A DNA stretch of 64,000 nt, taken from assembly GCA_032718475.1 (NCBI GenBank), contig JAUCBJ010000042.1, positions 7,424-71,423 of the forward strand. Direction: 5' to 3'. The notes below the pieces were generated by a model. The model made no database searches. It was not told the origin of the DNA and saw only the letters and a program-made list of their open reading frames with translations. The stretch is from Nemertoderma westbladi. Its lineage: Eukaryota; Animalia; Xenacoelomorpha. This document shows, one piece after another, positions 26,440 through 38,429 of the stretch. How positions within the stretch are numbered: position 1 is the stretch's first letter; each line of letters opens with the position of its first letter. A program made the position numbers and the translations under genes.

Positions 26440-27614
26440 TGTAAAGGCTTTTGCGGAATTAGCTAGTTATTTTCCCCGCAAAGTACTCTGTAGTTGTTTT
26501 AACGGACATAAAAAGCCGTTTCCTTACTGTACCGGTGTTTTAGTGGACATAAAAAGCCATTTCTTCTGTATGTGTACTTTAGCGGACATAACTAGCGATT
26601 TTATGTCGCAATAAGCCAAATACTCTAAACATCGGAACTAAGATGACGACATCTATCAGCTGTGTCCACGTGTAACTTTTTCTTTGTTCTTTGTTCGTTC
26701 TTTGTTCGGTCGACCAATCAGAACGGTTTTCACTCTGTGTTGGAGATTGTATGCAGAGGCTCACGCAATTCAGTCAGTGTGTGTATCTTTCTAAGCCCAG
26801 AACACCGGCTTAGGATTCTTCTGTACTTCTGTGGATGTTTCAGACTTTAGCCAAACATTAGTAGGCTTTGGTCATAGAAACGTATAACTGTTATCTAATC
26901 ACATATCAAACCAAAACATATTGTCACATACTAACACCGCATTTTTACTGCTATTTACTGTCGGTTATTAATTATATCAGTTGATGGAATATTATTATAT
27001 TTGGATAATATCGATAAATAATCATGAAACCCCAATCTTCTTGATATACTGAAGGTAAGAGACAGGTTACATATAGCAATTGCGACTTACATTAAAGTGG
27101 TTTTGGAGTGAATCTAATGCTATTTCATAGGCACTACATGTGTCGGTTGTTGTTCTCTTTATATGTGACTAAAATTAGTGAAGGTCGGCAGATCAGTGTG
27201 CAGCATTGTGCGGTAGTGTGCATGATTGTGACAGATAACAAAGCATCTCCTAAAGAATGCGCTTTATACGTGAATCAATAGCCATCCCGTTGTGTCTAGT
27301 GTAAGTCATAACTCTGTTTACATATTTAGAGCGCCACGTCCTAAAGGAACTGTTAATATTTCCCGATAGTGAATAATATTTGAAGAAATTATATATTAAC
27401 AATCAGTCGAATAATACAGTAGGCCTACACCGCAATAAGGTCAAAGCTTCCGAATCCAGTCTCCCGGGTATATCCAGCGGGTGAATGGTCGCGCATAGAC
27501 TGGCTTCGGCTAATGTAGTGTATCAAATACTCGTCATAGGCTAAAGTCGATTTATAATCTAGAAGACATCTAAATTTGGCAGGTTAAACTGCTAAAGGTC
27601 TGAAAGCGCGAACA
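26440..27614 (+). repeat. 5' LTR (1175 bp)
   Basis: TGTAAAGGCTTTTGCGG...GAAAGCGCGAACA; about 12 differences from the 3' LTR counted by eye. Confidence 0.95.
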
Positions 27615-27960
27615 ATAACAGTTATGATTTCTTATTGCAGTGTAGGCAATAAATACAGTTTAATATTGTTCTGGTAAGAACAATAACAGTTATAGCTTCT
27701 GTATTGCAGTAGGCAATAAAGCTGAAGTACCGGTCAACCGGTACCCAGTAGGCCTAACTACCTAACCACCCGAACCGGTACTTACAGCAGTACAGGTACA
27801 GCAGTATTATTCGATTTGATAATTATATACCGGTAGGCCTTAATATTTAATCTGGGACGGCTGCCCTGGTTTTTTATTGAGATTTTACTTATTTCTGTCA
27901 GTTTTATTTATTTGTAGGTTAATATTGAGCAGAAGACGTGTACGCCTGCTCAGATTGTAC

Positions 27961-28540
27961 AGATAATTTGTAGGCTGGACTGTTGTCTGACTGTTGTTAA
28001 GTCTGAAGATATTGTAGTGTGTGTAGAGTGTATGTCCAATGAAGTACTAGTTAGGAACGTAGGGGCTTCCAGTGCTGTGAGGTAAATCCCCCTGAAAGAA
28101 TAAGTCGTACTACTCGGTTAGAACACATACTAACTAACCATTTCAGAGTCTGCATATACTGTAGTTTGTTTAGGCTTGATAGTAGTCTGCCAGCGTTTGG
28201 TCTGTATTTTTGTATGTGTAGTCTGTACGGGTAGCGTAATATTTCTTATTTAGATAATTTGTAGGCTGGATTGATGTCTGGCTGTTGTTAGGTCTGAAGA
28301 GATTGCGGTGTGTGTAGAGTGTATGTCCGATAAAGTACTAGTTAGGAACGTAGGGGCTTCCAGTGCTGTGAGGTAAATCCCCCTGAAAGAATAAGTCGTA
28401 CTACTCGGTTAGAACGCATACTAACTAACCATTTCGGAGTCTGCATATACTGTAGTTTGTTTGGGCTTGATAGTAGTCTGCCAGCGTTTGGTCTGAATTT
28501 TGTTTGAGTAGTCTGTACGCATAGTGTAATATTTATTATT
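27961..28540 (+). repeat. Tandem duplication of ~291 bp in the element's 5' leader
   Basis: AGATAATTTGTAGGCTGGA starts at 27961 and again at 28252; both copies share GGGGCTTCCAGTGCTGTGAGGTAAATCCCC. Confidence 0.85.
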
Positions 28541-29489
28541 CAGAGTTTATGCGATTATTCGCAACATTCACAACCCCAAGTTTATTCCTACAGTAATTGT
28601 GCTTGTTGTACATACCGTTATAGTTAAATTAACCCCGGTACTACATCAGGGCTGCTTGGCATAGGTAAAGACTGGTGATTTTGTGCCCCGGTCACTCCAG
28701 CAGATACCGTGGTTCTTTTAGCTGTACAAGTATTTCTAACTGCTGATTATTTGTTGTATAAGTACTTGTACCTAATTTAGGGTTTAGTGTACAGTGCTTT
28801 CCGAAGGTAATTAGTGTGTAGGCAGTATATTTGTGTTGTAAAGTGGTTAATAGGCACGTTGGTTCTGGTAGACTGCGGTAATTAACTTCTAGGTAGGAAC
28901 ACTCCGTGATACATAACGTAGTACTTATAGCGATTCGGCTATAAGTCGTCAGAAGGTGGTATTTTTTCTATCTGGACAACGCAGTATATTTACTACTGCT
29001 TAGTTATTTTCAAATACCGTAGTATCCTGTCTGTTTGTAATAACCAGATATTCTAACCCTTTGTTAGGCTGGTTTGTAGACTTTTTGTAAAATTACCCTA
29101 AAAATTCGTACGTGTAATTTTTGTGTTTATTTAGAGATTGTAATCTCACCCCGAATTGTACGTAATTTGTAGTATTAAGTAACTTAGGTAAATTAGAATT
29201 ATTTGTTTTAGTGTCCAACAAGTAGCACTTCACTGAGAGCGTACAGCTTCTGTGCAGTGACTCCTTCCCAGAAATAATAACATTTATTTCAAATATTGAC
29301 AAAACCCATTAAACGGGTATATATATATATTATAAATCAACTCAAACCGATTTATAAAATAGTAGGCCTGTCATACAACAATTAGGTCTTAATATCAGTT
29401 GGACTACTGCTTAAATAACAGTAATAAAGTAAAGTAAAGTAACCAAGTAACCCCTAAAATTCAGAAATTCAATTATTCTAAAATAATTG

Positions 29490-29870
29490 ATATACCGGTA
29501 TTTACAATAGGCTTATTATATTTATATTTATATATTTGCGCTGAAATTATATACCGGTATTCTGTAATTAATTCTAGTCTATAATTATACTTATATATAC
29601 TATAAGTGTAAGCTGTATACCGGTATTCACGATAGGCCTATTATATATTTATATATATTTGCGCTGAAATTATATACCGGTATTCTGTGACAAACCTAGT
29701 CTGTAATAATTATACTTATATATACTATAAGTGTAAGCTGTATACCGGTATTCACGATAGGCCTATTATATATTTATATATATTTGCGCTGAAATTATAT
29801 ACCGGTATTCTGTGACAAACCTAGTCTGTAATAATACTTATATATATACTATAAGCATACCGGTATTCTA
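29490..29870 (+). repeat. AT-rich tandem repeat, ~125-bp unit, about 3 copies, upstream of gag
   Basis: Recurrent TATATTTGCGCTGAAATTATATACCGGTATTCTGT at ~29532, 29654 and 29779. Confidence 0.85.
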
Positions 29871-30004
29871 ATATATTATATATATATATCACGTTACACT
29901 GAGTAACAGTATCGGTAATTAATTACTAGGCTAACAGTTGATACTGAATTACTAGACTTGCTTTAACTGTAATATAGCAGTAGGCATTCAACTGTAAAAC
30001 AAAC

Positions 30005-33000
30005 ATGTCTGACACAAAGCAAAACCTGCCAGACAGTCTCCTAGATACAACCATCTGTGACCCAGACAGGAGTGTGGAACGTGTGAGACCGAAGTTCAAT
30101 TCACCTCCTACTGTAAGAAAGATCATCCCTCCAGTAGTAGTATCAGACCCTAGGCTAGTCCAACACCGTAGGTCTATCATAGGCACTCGAGCTCAGGTCA
30201 AGCGGGACCAAGAAGCAGCAGAACAGCAGCAACACTCGAGCCGAGAACTTATTTCTCAGCGGCCCGACAGCTCCAGTAGTGCGGATACTGTAGAGCTGAC
30301 ACCCGAGCGCGGAGCAAAGATGGCAGATGCGGTTTATTCGGATCCCCTTCTCATCCTTCCTGCAGCCGTACTCACTAGGGTATTGATTGCGGTGGAGGAA
30401 CACCAGATTGATTGGGCGAGAAGTAAGCGATCGACCAAGGATAGTTGCTAGTCAAATGCAGATGATGAGTCGATCTACTCCCAAAAGACAGGGATATACA
30501 TCATCTGATGACGGCGATACCACCGATCCTGAAGGCGGAGGAAATAGATCTCGTCTAAGCAGATGTAGAAGAATGTCCCACCATCAGAAATTGCCTGATT
30601 TGCCCCCAGCTGTTAGAAGGCAACTAACTAACACAGACTTAGGTAGTACAGAACCTACAGACCAAATAATTAAAATAGAAAGACTCCCTACTATAGTAGA
30701 TGAGCCTGAAATAATTAGGCCTGTTCTCGAAGCCACCCCTTCGGTGATAGAGACACCTGTACTCCCAGAAACTACCTCTAAATTCCCTTTGCACAGTACT
30801 AAACTACCTGTGCCCAGTAGGACTGTTCACGAGTCCGAACCCATCCTGGACGCCGAGCGAGATATCAAGAATTTATCGCCCGTCGTCTCTCGCTCGCCCG
30901 CTACTACGTTGGCGACTCCCGCTTCGGCGGTCGAGTGGGTAGCAGAGGGACGACGGGAGATGGGTCTCCTGCTCGGGCAGTTGAGGGAACACGCAAGTGC
31001 TCCTCTCAGCAGGTCCGGGAGATGGAAGGAACTGTTCAGCAGTTCAAGGGCACAGTAAGGGAAAGTAGGTTAGAGTTGCAAGAGGTGCAGCAGAGTATCG
31101 CATTAGAACGCGACAAATTAGTAAATACCCAAAGGGGTATACCATCAACCCCGGTAACAATGTGTCAACCTGTTAGGTCTGAAGTATTTCATGCGCAAGG
31201 TGTGGAGCCTACACGCATCTATACTGCTAGTGAAGTAGAAACTCCTATAGTAAACCCTATTAAGGGTAATTATAAACCTGTTGACAATGATATTCCATAT
31301 AGACTTGATAATAATCCGAGAAATTTATATACCGATAACTCGATATTAAATAACACGATGGCCCAAGAAAGTTTTACGCGTCAAATGGCTAGAACCGAAG
31401 CCCGTCAAGCGGTAAAGGTGGGAGAGATCGTCAAGTTCAATGGAGATGAGATGAAATGGTTACCTTTTAATGAATATTACAAAGATAACATACAGAACTC
31501 TGTGCTATCTAACGGAGAGAAATTGAGATTCCTCATCGAGTGCTTGGAAGGATCTCCCAAGTTAATGGCGTTAAAGTTTATTGGACATCCAGATGGATTA
31601 AGACAAGTTTGGGATACACTAAACACCAGGTATGGTAATAGGAATAACATAGCTAGGTATTTGTATGCAAAATTGGTAGCGCCCCGAAAGTTCATTAGCA
31701 GCGGGATTATAGAGTTTTCCGATGAGATTCAGGAGATCTGTAGACAATTAGATTGGCTAGGTAAGTCTCATGAATATCAGAGTTCTATGGTTATTGGAGC
31801 CGCGGCCTCTACTTTACCTAAGGGTGAAGTAGGTACACGCTGGGATAAGAAAGTGTTATATATGATGGAACAACAACGACGAGACCCTACCATGGCTGAT
31901 CTCATGTCATTCTTAGATGGAGAAGTGAAATTACAGCTCCTAAAGCAGTCCAGAGAGAAGACACCGGAAAACAAGGTAAGTGAGAAACCCGTTTCTAGGA
32001 GAAAGGTAACACCAGTGTGTTATACCGACGACGGCGAAAGCCAGGCTTCTCAAGAAGAAGACAGCAGGAAAGACACTGAAAGATCTTATTATGTCAACAA
32101 AACGCCTAAAGACGTAAGTAAATTCAAGTCTCGAACCAATGACAGGAGAGAACAGGTAAGAAAAACTCCTCCTACGTCTCCTAAGAGAATTCAGGTAAGA
32201 AAGCCCGAAGAAAGAACGAGTGTGCACAACGTTACTCAAAATAAGGCAAGTAACATCAAACCGAAATGTGCGCTGTGTGACGGGCCCCACCGTTTGAATA
32301 TGTGTGATAAATTCCTAAAGAAATCATTAAAGGATAGACGTGAAGTCATGTGGGATAAGCGGTTGTGTTATAATTGCCTCAGACGAGGACACCAACGGCG
32401 AACCTGTTAATCCGACGCAAGGTGTGCAAAGTGCGGCGCAAAACATCATATCTTGTTGCACACGGAATTCGAACGAAACAGCCCGAGTCAGGTAAGTGAG
32501 TCCGAACTACATGTCCAATTCAGTGATGTGAACGACACTGACCAATATTCTGAGATGGAAGGATTCTATACGGACGAATTCTCCGACGAAAACGAATCCT
32601 GTTACCTGACAAATACCGCAGTGTATCGAGCACTTACGTATGAAAAGGACACAGACAGCGACCTAACCCTAACTACTTCTGATCGACAACCATCTTGGAA
32701 AGCGCCAACTTCCAATGTAGGGATTAGAGAATTTCCTGTGGTACAGATAAGGGTCCACGGACCAAAAGGGAGTTATGTAGTGAACGCCCTCCTTGACTCC
32801 GGTAGTACAGGAACATTCATCGACAAAGAGCTAGCCGAAGACATATTTGCTGGACAACCCAAGTTCCGAACTAAGCTAAACATGTCAGGAATTATGCAGG
32901 TTTGGAAATCTACAGTAACAGCGGATTATTATGTAGGTGCGTTGTCCACCCCCCAGGACGAACTAGGAGAACATAGCATAAGGTCAGTGAAAATGGTGGC

Positions 33001-33018
33001 AATAAAGAACTTCGCTAC
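30005..33018 (+). pseudogene. BEL/Pao gag-protease region, disrupted
   Basis: Three overlapping ORFs (two frameshifts). DUF1759-like KFNGDEMKWLPF...EKLRFLIECLEG...LNTRYG; triple zinc knuckle CALCDGPHRLNMC / CYNCLRRGHQRRTC / (stop) CAKCGAKHHILLH; aspartic protease ALLDSGSTGTFI. Confidence 0.88.
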
Positions 33019-33830
33019 TGTACGCGCTTTTGGAAGACATTTAGCAGTTTAACCCGCCAAAATTTATATGTCTTTTGGTTTATAAATCGACTCTAGAAGA
33101 TGACAATATTTAATACCAATAAACACAACATTAGCAGAAGCCAGCCTAGTGCGCGTCCATTCACCCGCTGGATAATCCCGGGAGACTGGATTCTGAGGGC
33201 TTAGATTATTATTGCAGTGAAGCTTACGGTATTGTATTATTCGATTGATCGTTAATAAATAATTTCTGACTAATATTATTCACTTTCGGGAAATATTAAC
33301 AGTTCCTTTAGGACGTGGCGCTCTATCTAGATAGACAGAGATATGACTTACACTAATCACAACGGTAAGTCGGTAAGGCTTATGATTCACGTATGAGGCG
33401 CATTCTTTAGGAAATGCTTAGTTATCAGCCACAATCATGCACGCTACCGGTAACACACAATACTGCTCACTAACTTGCCGACCGTCAATGAATTTTATCA
33501 TATATAAAGAAAATAGCAACAGACCAATGTAGTGCTTATCAAATAGCATTAAATTCAATACACACCACAATAATATAAGTCGCAATCGCTATATATAACC
33601 CGTCTTTCTAACCTGTAGTGTATCAAGAAAATTGGGAAATTTGGGTTCTTTATAAATGTTCTCCAGATAATATTCAATCAACTGATATAAAATATGACAA
33701 CAGTAAAAACATTAAGACGGTAGGTTAAGATATAATATGAACAGATATGTACAGTGATATATTAAGAATTGTGCCGCCGATTTGATTTGATATATGAATT
33801 GTTGATTTGATAACAGTCATACGCTCTATA
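33019..33830 (-). mobile_element. Inverted partial LTR of a related BEL/Pao subfamily
   Basis: Starts TGTACGCGCTTT...TTTAGCAGTTTAAC, colinear with the solo LTR (TGTTCGCGCTTT...). Shared blocks such as CCATTCACCCGCTGGAT and AACAGTTCCTTTAGGACGTGGCGCTCTA are present but clearly diverged. It covers only the 3' two-thirds of the LTR. Confidence 0.88.
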
Positions 33831-33842
33831 ATCTGTGATGTA

Positions 33843-35340
33843 AAGTGATTCCGAACTACATGTCCAATTCAGTGATGTGAACGACACAGACCAAAGTTCT
33901 GAGATGGAAGGATTCTATACGGACGAATTCTCCGATGAAAACGAATCCTGTTACCTGATAAATACCGCAGTGTATTGAGCACTTACGTATGAAAAGGACA
34001 CCGACAGCGAGCTCCCCCTAACTACTTCTGACCGACAACCATCTTGGAAAGCACCAACTTCCAATGTAGGAATCCGAGAATTTCCCGTAGTGCAGTTGAG
34101 GGTCCACGGACCTGAAAGGAGTTATATAGTGAACGCCCTCCTTGACTCCGGTAGCACAGGAACATTCATCGACAAAGAACTAGCCGAAGACATCTTTGCT
34201 GGACAACCCAAGTTCCGAACTAAGTTAAACATGTCAGGAATTATGCAGGTTTGGAAATCTACAGTAGTAGCAGATTATTATGTAGGTGCGTTGTCCACCC
34301 ACCAGGATGAACTAGGAGAACACAGTATAAGGTCAGTAAAAATGGTGGCGATAAAGAACTTCGCTACCAGCCAAGTAGAACCTTATAACTGGGATGAGGA
34401 CGATTTCACCCAGCAGCTTAAGATACCTAGATTCAACACAGACTACCCTGGAGTGCAAATACTCATCGGCCAAAATGCGCATGAGGCGCTTGAGACATTG
34501 GAGAAACGGCCTGCTCAACCGCAACCACTACAAGCCTATGCGGGAAGAACTAGAGTAGGTTGGTACTTTACTGGCCCTTCCCGTAGAACTCTCATGGAAA
34601 GGTTACCAAAAGAACGGGTATACCAAGTAAGTGAATGGGAAGCGGAGAGCAGTGAGGTAGACGACCCAACTGAGGGAACACCATACTCCTCAGATAATGA
34701 CGATATTAACTCCAATGTAGATCAATGGAGACATTGCCCCGAGACGATTAATCTAGCCGACATCGCTTCCAGAGGAGCAACTCCTCAAGAACTGACAGAT
34801 ACTCCAGACTGGTTAGGTGGACCCGACTTCCTAAGTAAAGAAGATGAATGGCCTCCCCATCTTACCACGGCTGAGATTAGACAAGCCAGGGGAGCGGAGA
34901 AAGTCAAACCTAAAACCCGGATGAGTAAATCAAGGTTATTTAAACCCGTGATAGATCTGTCTGTACTACACATTGCCAGGGACGACACTGTGGATCTAAA
35001 CTCCCCCACCGCGAACCGATCTGTTGTGGAGATCAGAGAGAGAGACTGGAGATCTGGAACACCAGACGTCTTGCCGGGACTCTCACCTCTCCTGCCGGGA
35101 GCGATGGACCACTATAGATCCTGGAATCGGCTTTGTAAGGCCGTCGTGTATTTGAAGCGATGTTTCTATCGTCACTATTCCAGGACGAAGAGGAAACCTG
35201 GAATTGTATTCGAAACACAACAACTCAATCGCCCAGTTGGTCGTTTATTGTTTACTGGAAAGAGACCGAGAACTGTCTGGAAACTATGGAAGGCAAGATA
35301 CTCTTCCCACGACCACCTCCCTAATCCAACAAACATCTAG
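33843..35340 (+). pseudogene. Second protease copy fused in frame to RNase H and integrase remnants; RT deleted
   Basis: ALLDSGSTGTFI...ILIG...RTRVGWYFTGP runs directly into WRHCPETINLADIASRG...WLGGPDFL (Pao RNase H end), YRSWNRLCKAVVY and RPVGRL. No YxDD, HHCC or DDE segments. Confidence 0.85.
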
Positions 35341-35879
35341 GGACTCCCCAACGTAACAGCGTCTGGAGTGGGTGTGTGACCATCTTATTTTATATTTGTT
35401 TTTATTATTTTATATTTATGTATGTATTATTATGTAATTTTATTATAATCGTTTTCTTTAATTTTATTTAGTAGAATGTTATTTTAGCGATTATTTAGTA
35501 GATTAGTGCAATATATATTAGTGTTTATTACTTAATTACTTATATATTATATATTTAGTGCGACGGCGAGAAATAATTCTTTTTCTCTTTCCTTACTGTC
35601 CGTATTACATTATAAATACGTGACTACAGTAAGATGAAATATCCGTACTTATTAAAGTACAATAAAACTCCTACTATATTCAAGTATTATTGGTAAGTAG
35701 AGTATTAGGAATGCAAAGTTCAGATCCTCGTGTCTCGGCTAAACCAAGCTCTGGGTAGACCTTGGAAACGACTTGCCTCTTCTCACTGACATTGCTTCTT
35801 GCGATATTGCTCTCATACCGTATATTAAATAATACATATAGTAGCGTGATGTCCCTTTAACAGTAGCGTACAACGCAAA

Positions 35880-36200
35880 TAAATCTGTTAAACCCTTTGA
35901 CCATCTGTAATTCTAGTCGATTAAGATATCGCGGCACCCACCGATATACTTGAAAGACAAAATTCTAGAATCAGTAGTTAACGTCCCCAGACAAGTTCTG
36001 GAATAAACCGGTGCCCATCTTAAATATTAATTATTAATATTTATAAAGTCTGTCAAATTCAGATCCTTTAAAATTCTAGTCAATTAAGATATCGTAGCAC
36101 TTACCGATACTCTTAAAAAGACAAATTTCCTAGAATCAAGGATCCCAGTCCCCAGACATGCTCTGGAATAAAATTGTGTCTATTTAATGTTAAATAATAA
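35880..36200 (+). repeat. Degenerate tandem duplication (~160 bp) in the element's 3' region
   Basis: AATTCTAGTC(G/A)ATTAAGATATCG...CTAGAATCA...GTCCCCAGACA...CTGGAATAAA occurs at ~35909 and ~36071. Confidence 0.7.
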
Positions 36201-36992
36201 AATTTACGGGAATAAATTTAAATTCATCTTTTAATGAATTTGATAAATTGTCATTTTTATACAATTTATAACATTCCCAAAATTCCCTAAATTAATAGAC
36301 CATGGGAGCGGAGATTCACCCTATTAAGTGTATTAGTGTGCGAGAATCTCCAATATATAGTCAATAGCCGATAAAATTCATAAAATCATGTATAAAGAGG
36401 AATATTGACAATTAAAGAATTACTATTAAATAGCATCCCAGATCTGTATGCATGAGAATTACCCTAATTCTACTGCTAGCTTTCCATAATGTCACCATGG
36501 CAACAACCACGCTAGAATTAGAAGTGAGTTAAAAGAACAATAAAGGCTTGCCCCATTGAATAGCATAAGGAATAAATAGCATACTGCTAGTATCCCAGGA
36601 TACCCAATAATAACGTGGCATTCTGGAAGGCACTTGACTAACGGACAAATGGCCCGAATGTGTGCGGTTTGTGACAGTTGTGTGGAATTTGTGCGTTTAT
36701 AGGTGAATGTTACTACTAAAGTGTGTTTACAGTAGCGAGTCGCAATTGTGAAAGTAGCCCTAACTCTCCAAGTAAGAACCTGAAGTAAATCTAAGCCTTT
36801 GGGACGGACGGTGGAGTGACTCGCGCTGGTTGTTGTGGTCGTTGTGCAGCTACTACGTTGGCGATAGGCACATCGGCGAAAGTACACCAGCGCTGAGGAT
36901 CTTGCGCTGTCCGGGGGCCGAGAGGGGTAGGCAGCGACGCCCGCTAGCCTAATTATAACTAATTATAATATTGATAAACTCATATAGCAGCT

Positions 36993-38351
36993 ATGACTGA
37001 ATTGATAGAAGATGATCTTGGTATCAGGGAGAAATATACTCCACCGTTGCAAGCATTTGTTGATAGCTTGATACGCAGCGACGCTAGTCCAACTAATACG
37101 GAGGACGATGGTCGTTATATCGAACCGCCGATGTCCCAGGAGCAACTTACGCGTGAATTGGACTATCGAAAATTCACTGCTCACTATACGCATCGTAATG
37201 GTACGCATATGGACTTCTTAACTACTGGTCATCCTATCGATTTACACTATACGAACGATGTCGACACCGAAAGGGAAATGGTACTATTTAAATATTCTAC
37301 CCAGCGGAGTCGGAACGATAAACTGAAAATAGAATGCGAAAATTCTATTTGAAATCGACTCGAAAGAGAAGACGTTAAAGAACCGGATAAACGCAGTAAC
37401 TCCAACGTATATTTGGAATTCTTGAGAGAAACGTTGTAAAACCGAATAAATATCACCCGCGTTTCCCCTTCAAGACGTGCGTCTTTGGTATTATTGCGAT
37501 GAATGCCCAAGACCCAACCAACAAACGGAAAGACATAAACATCCGCGGAGACGTTGCTTTAAACACGGTTTTACTCGCTATATTTACGGGAGTTTCGAGT
37601 GAAACTTGTTCGATGTATCACCTACGCTCGCTCGATTCAAACGATCCTTAAATAAACCTATGATCAGAGTTCCGGAATACTCGGTCAGACCTTCTCATTC
37701 CCTAGTTAGACCTCAGACTCTTGATCCTAATAGTATCACGGATCCTCCCGAACTGTACTCACTGTTCAAAGATCTAGTGTTACCCGAACGGTTAGTCGGT
37801 GGCACTCCAGTTGTGGGCTCCCTAGATATTCGCCCATCTTACCTAGCCGGATTGGGATGCGGACATCTAATATCGCCATTCAACCGTATCATCGTCCCTG
37901 TTTAACCCGATACAACCTGTCACCAAGGCGGAGGAGAGAGTTGTACGAAACGTGTTGGACACTATTTGTCAAAAGATCGGAAAAGGAACCTATAATTGTT
38001 TAGAAAAACGTAAATTGCAGCAGCAAGTCCAAGCGGTAAACGAATTAGCTTTATCTCAGTTCGATCAGGAAATCCAGAATCTCTAAGAAGATATCGAACT
38101 TGGACGACCCTATTCTCTGCAAGAGTTTTGGACGAACGCATCCAACGATAAGCGGAGGAAAATCAGCTCGAGGAGAAGCATATCGAAATGGACGAGACAT
38201 TGACAGTAACCCTAAACCTTCCGATGCAATTGTATTGCACCCTTTACCCGGGAGTTATAGCCCTCCTAGTAAAGTGGCTCGCCCCAAAGAGAAAAGGACT
38301 CTTGCTAGCCTCAAAAAGCTGCGTAAACGCCGTCCGCGCAAGAAAGACTAA
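36993..38351 (+). other. Broken accessory ORF region between pol remnant and 3' LTR, function unknown
   Basis: Series of + strand ORF pieces (119, 99 and 83 aa, plus an unlisted frame at 37400-37651) with coding-like composition; no recognisable domain. Confidence 0.4.
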
Positions 38352-38429
38352 CTGTTTAGAGTATTTTTATATTGTAGAAACTGTGATTTTGTATATTTTA
38401 TAGACTCAAATCCCATTTTCTGGGAGCGG

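Noticed and set aside
27961-28540. Hammerhead ribozyme in the duplicated leader (CTGAAGA)
   Set aside because: Could not build stem II followed by GAAA or the other stems by eye; an Infernal/Rfam scan would settle it.
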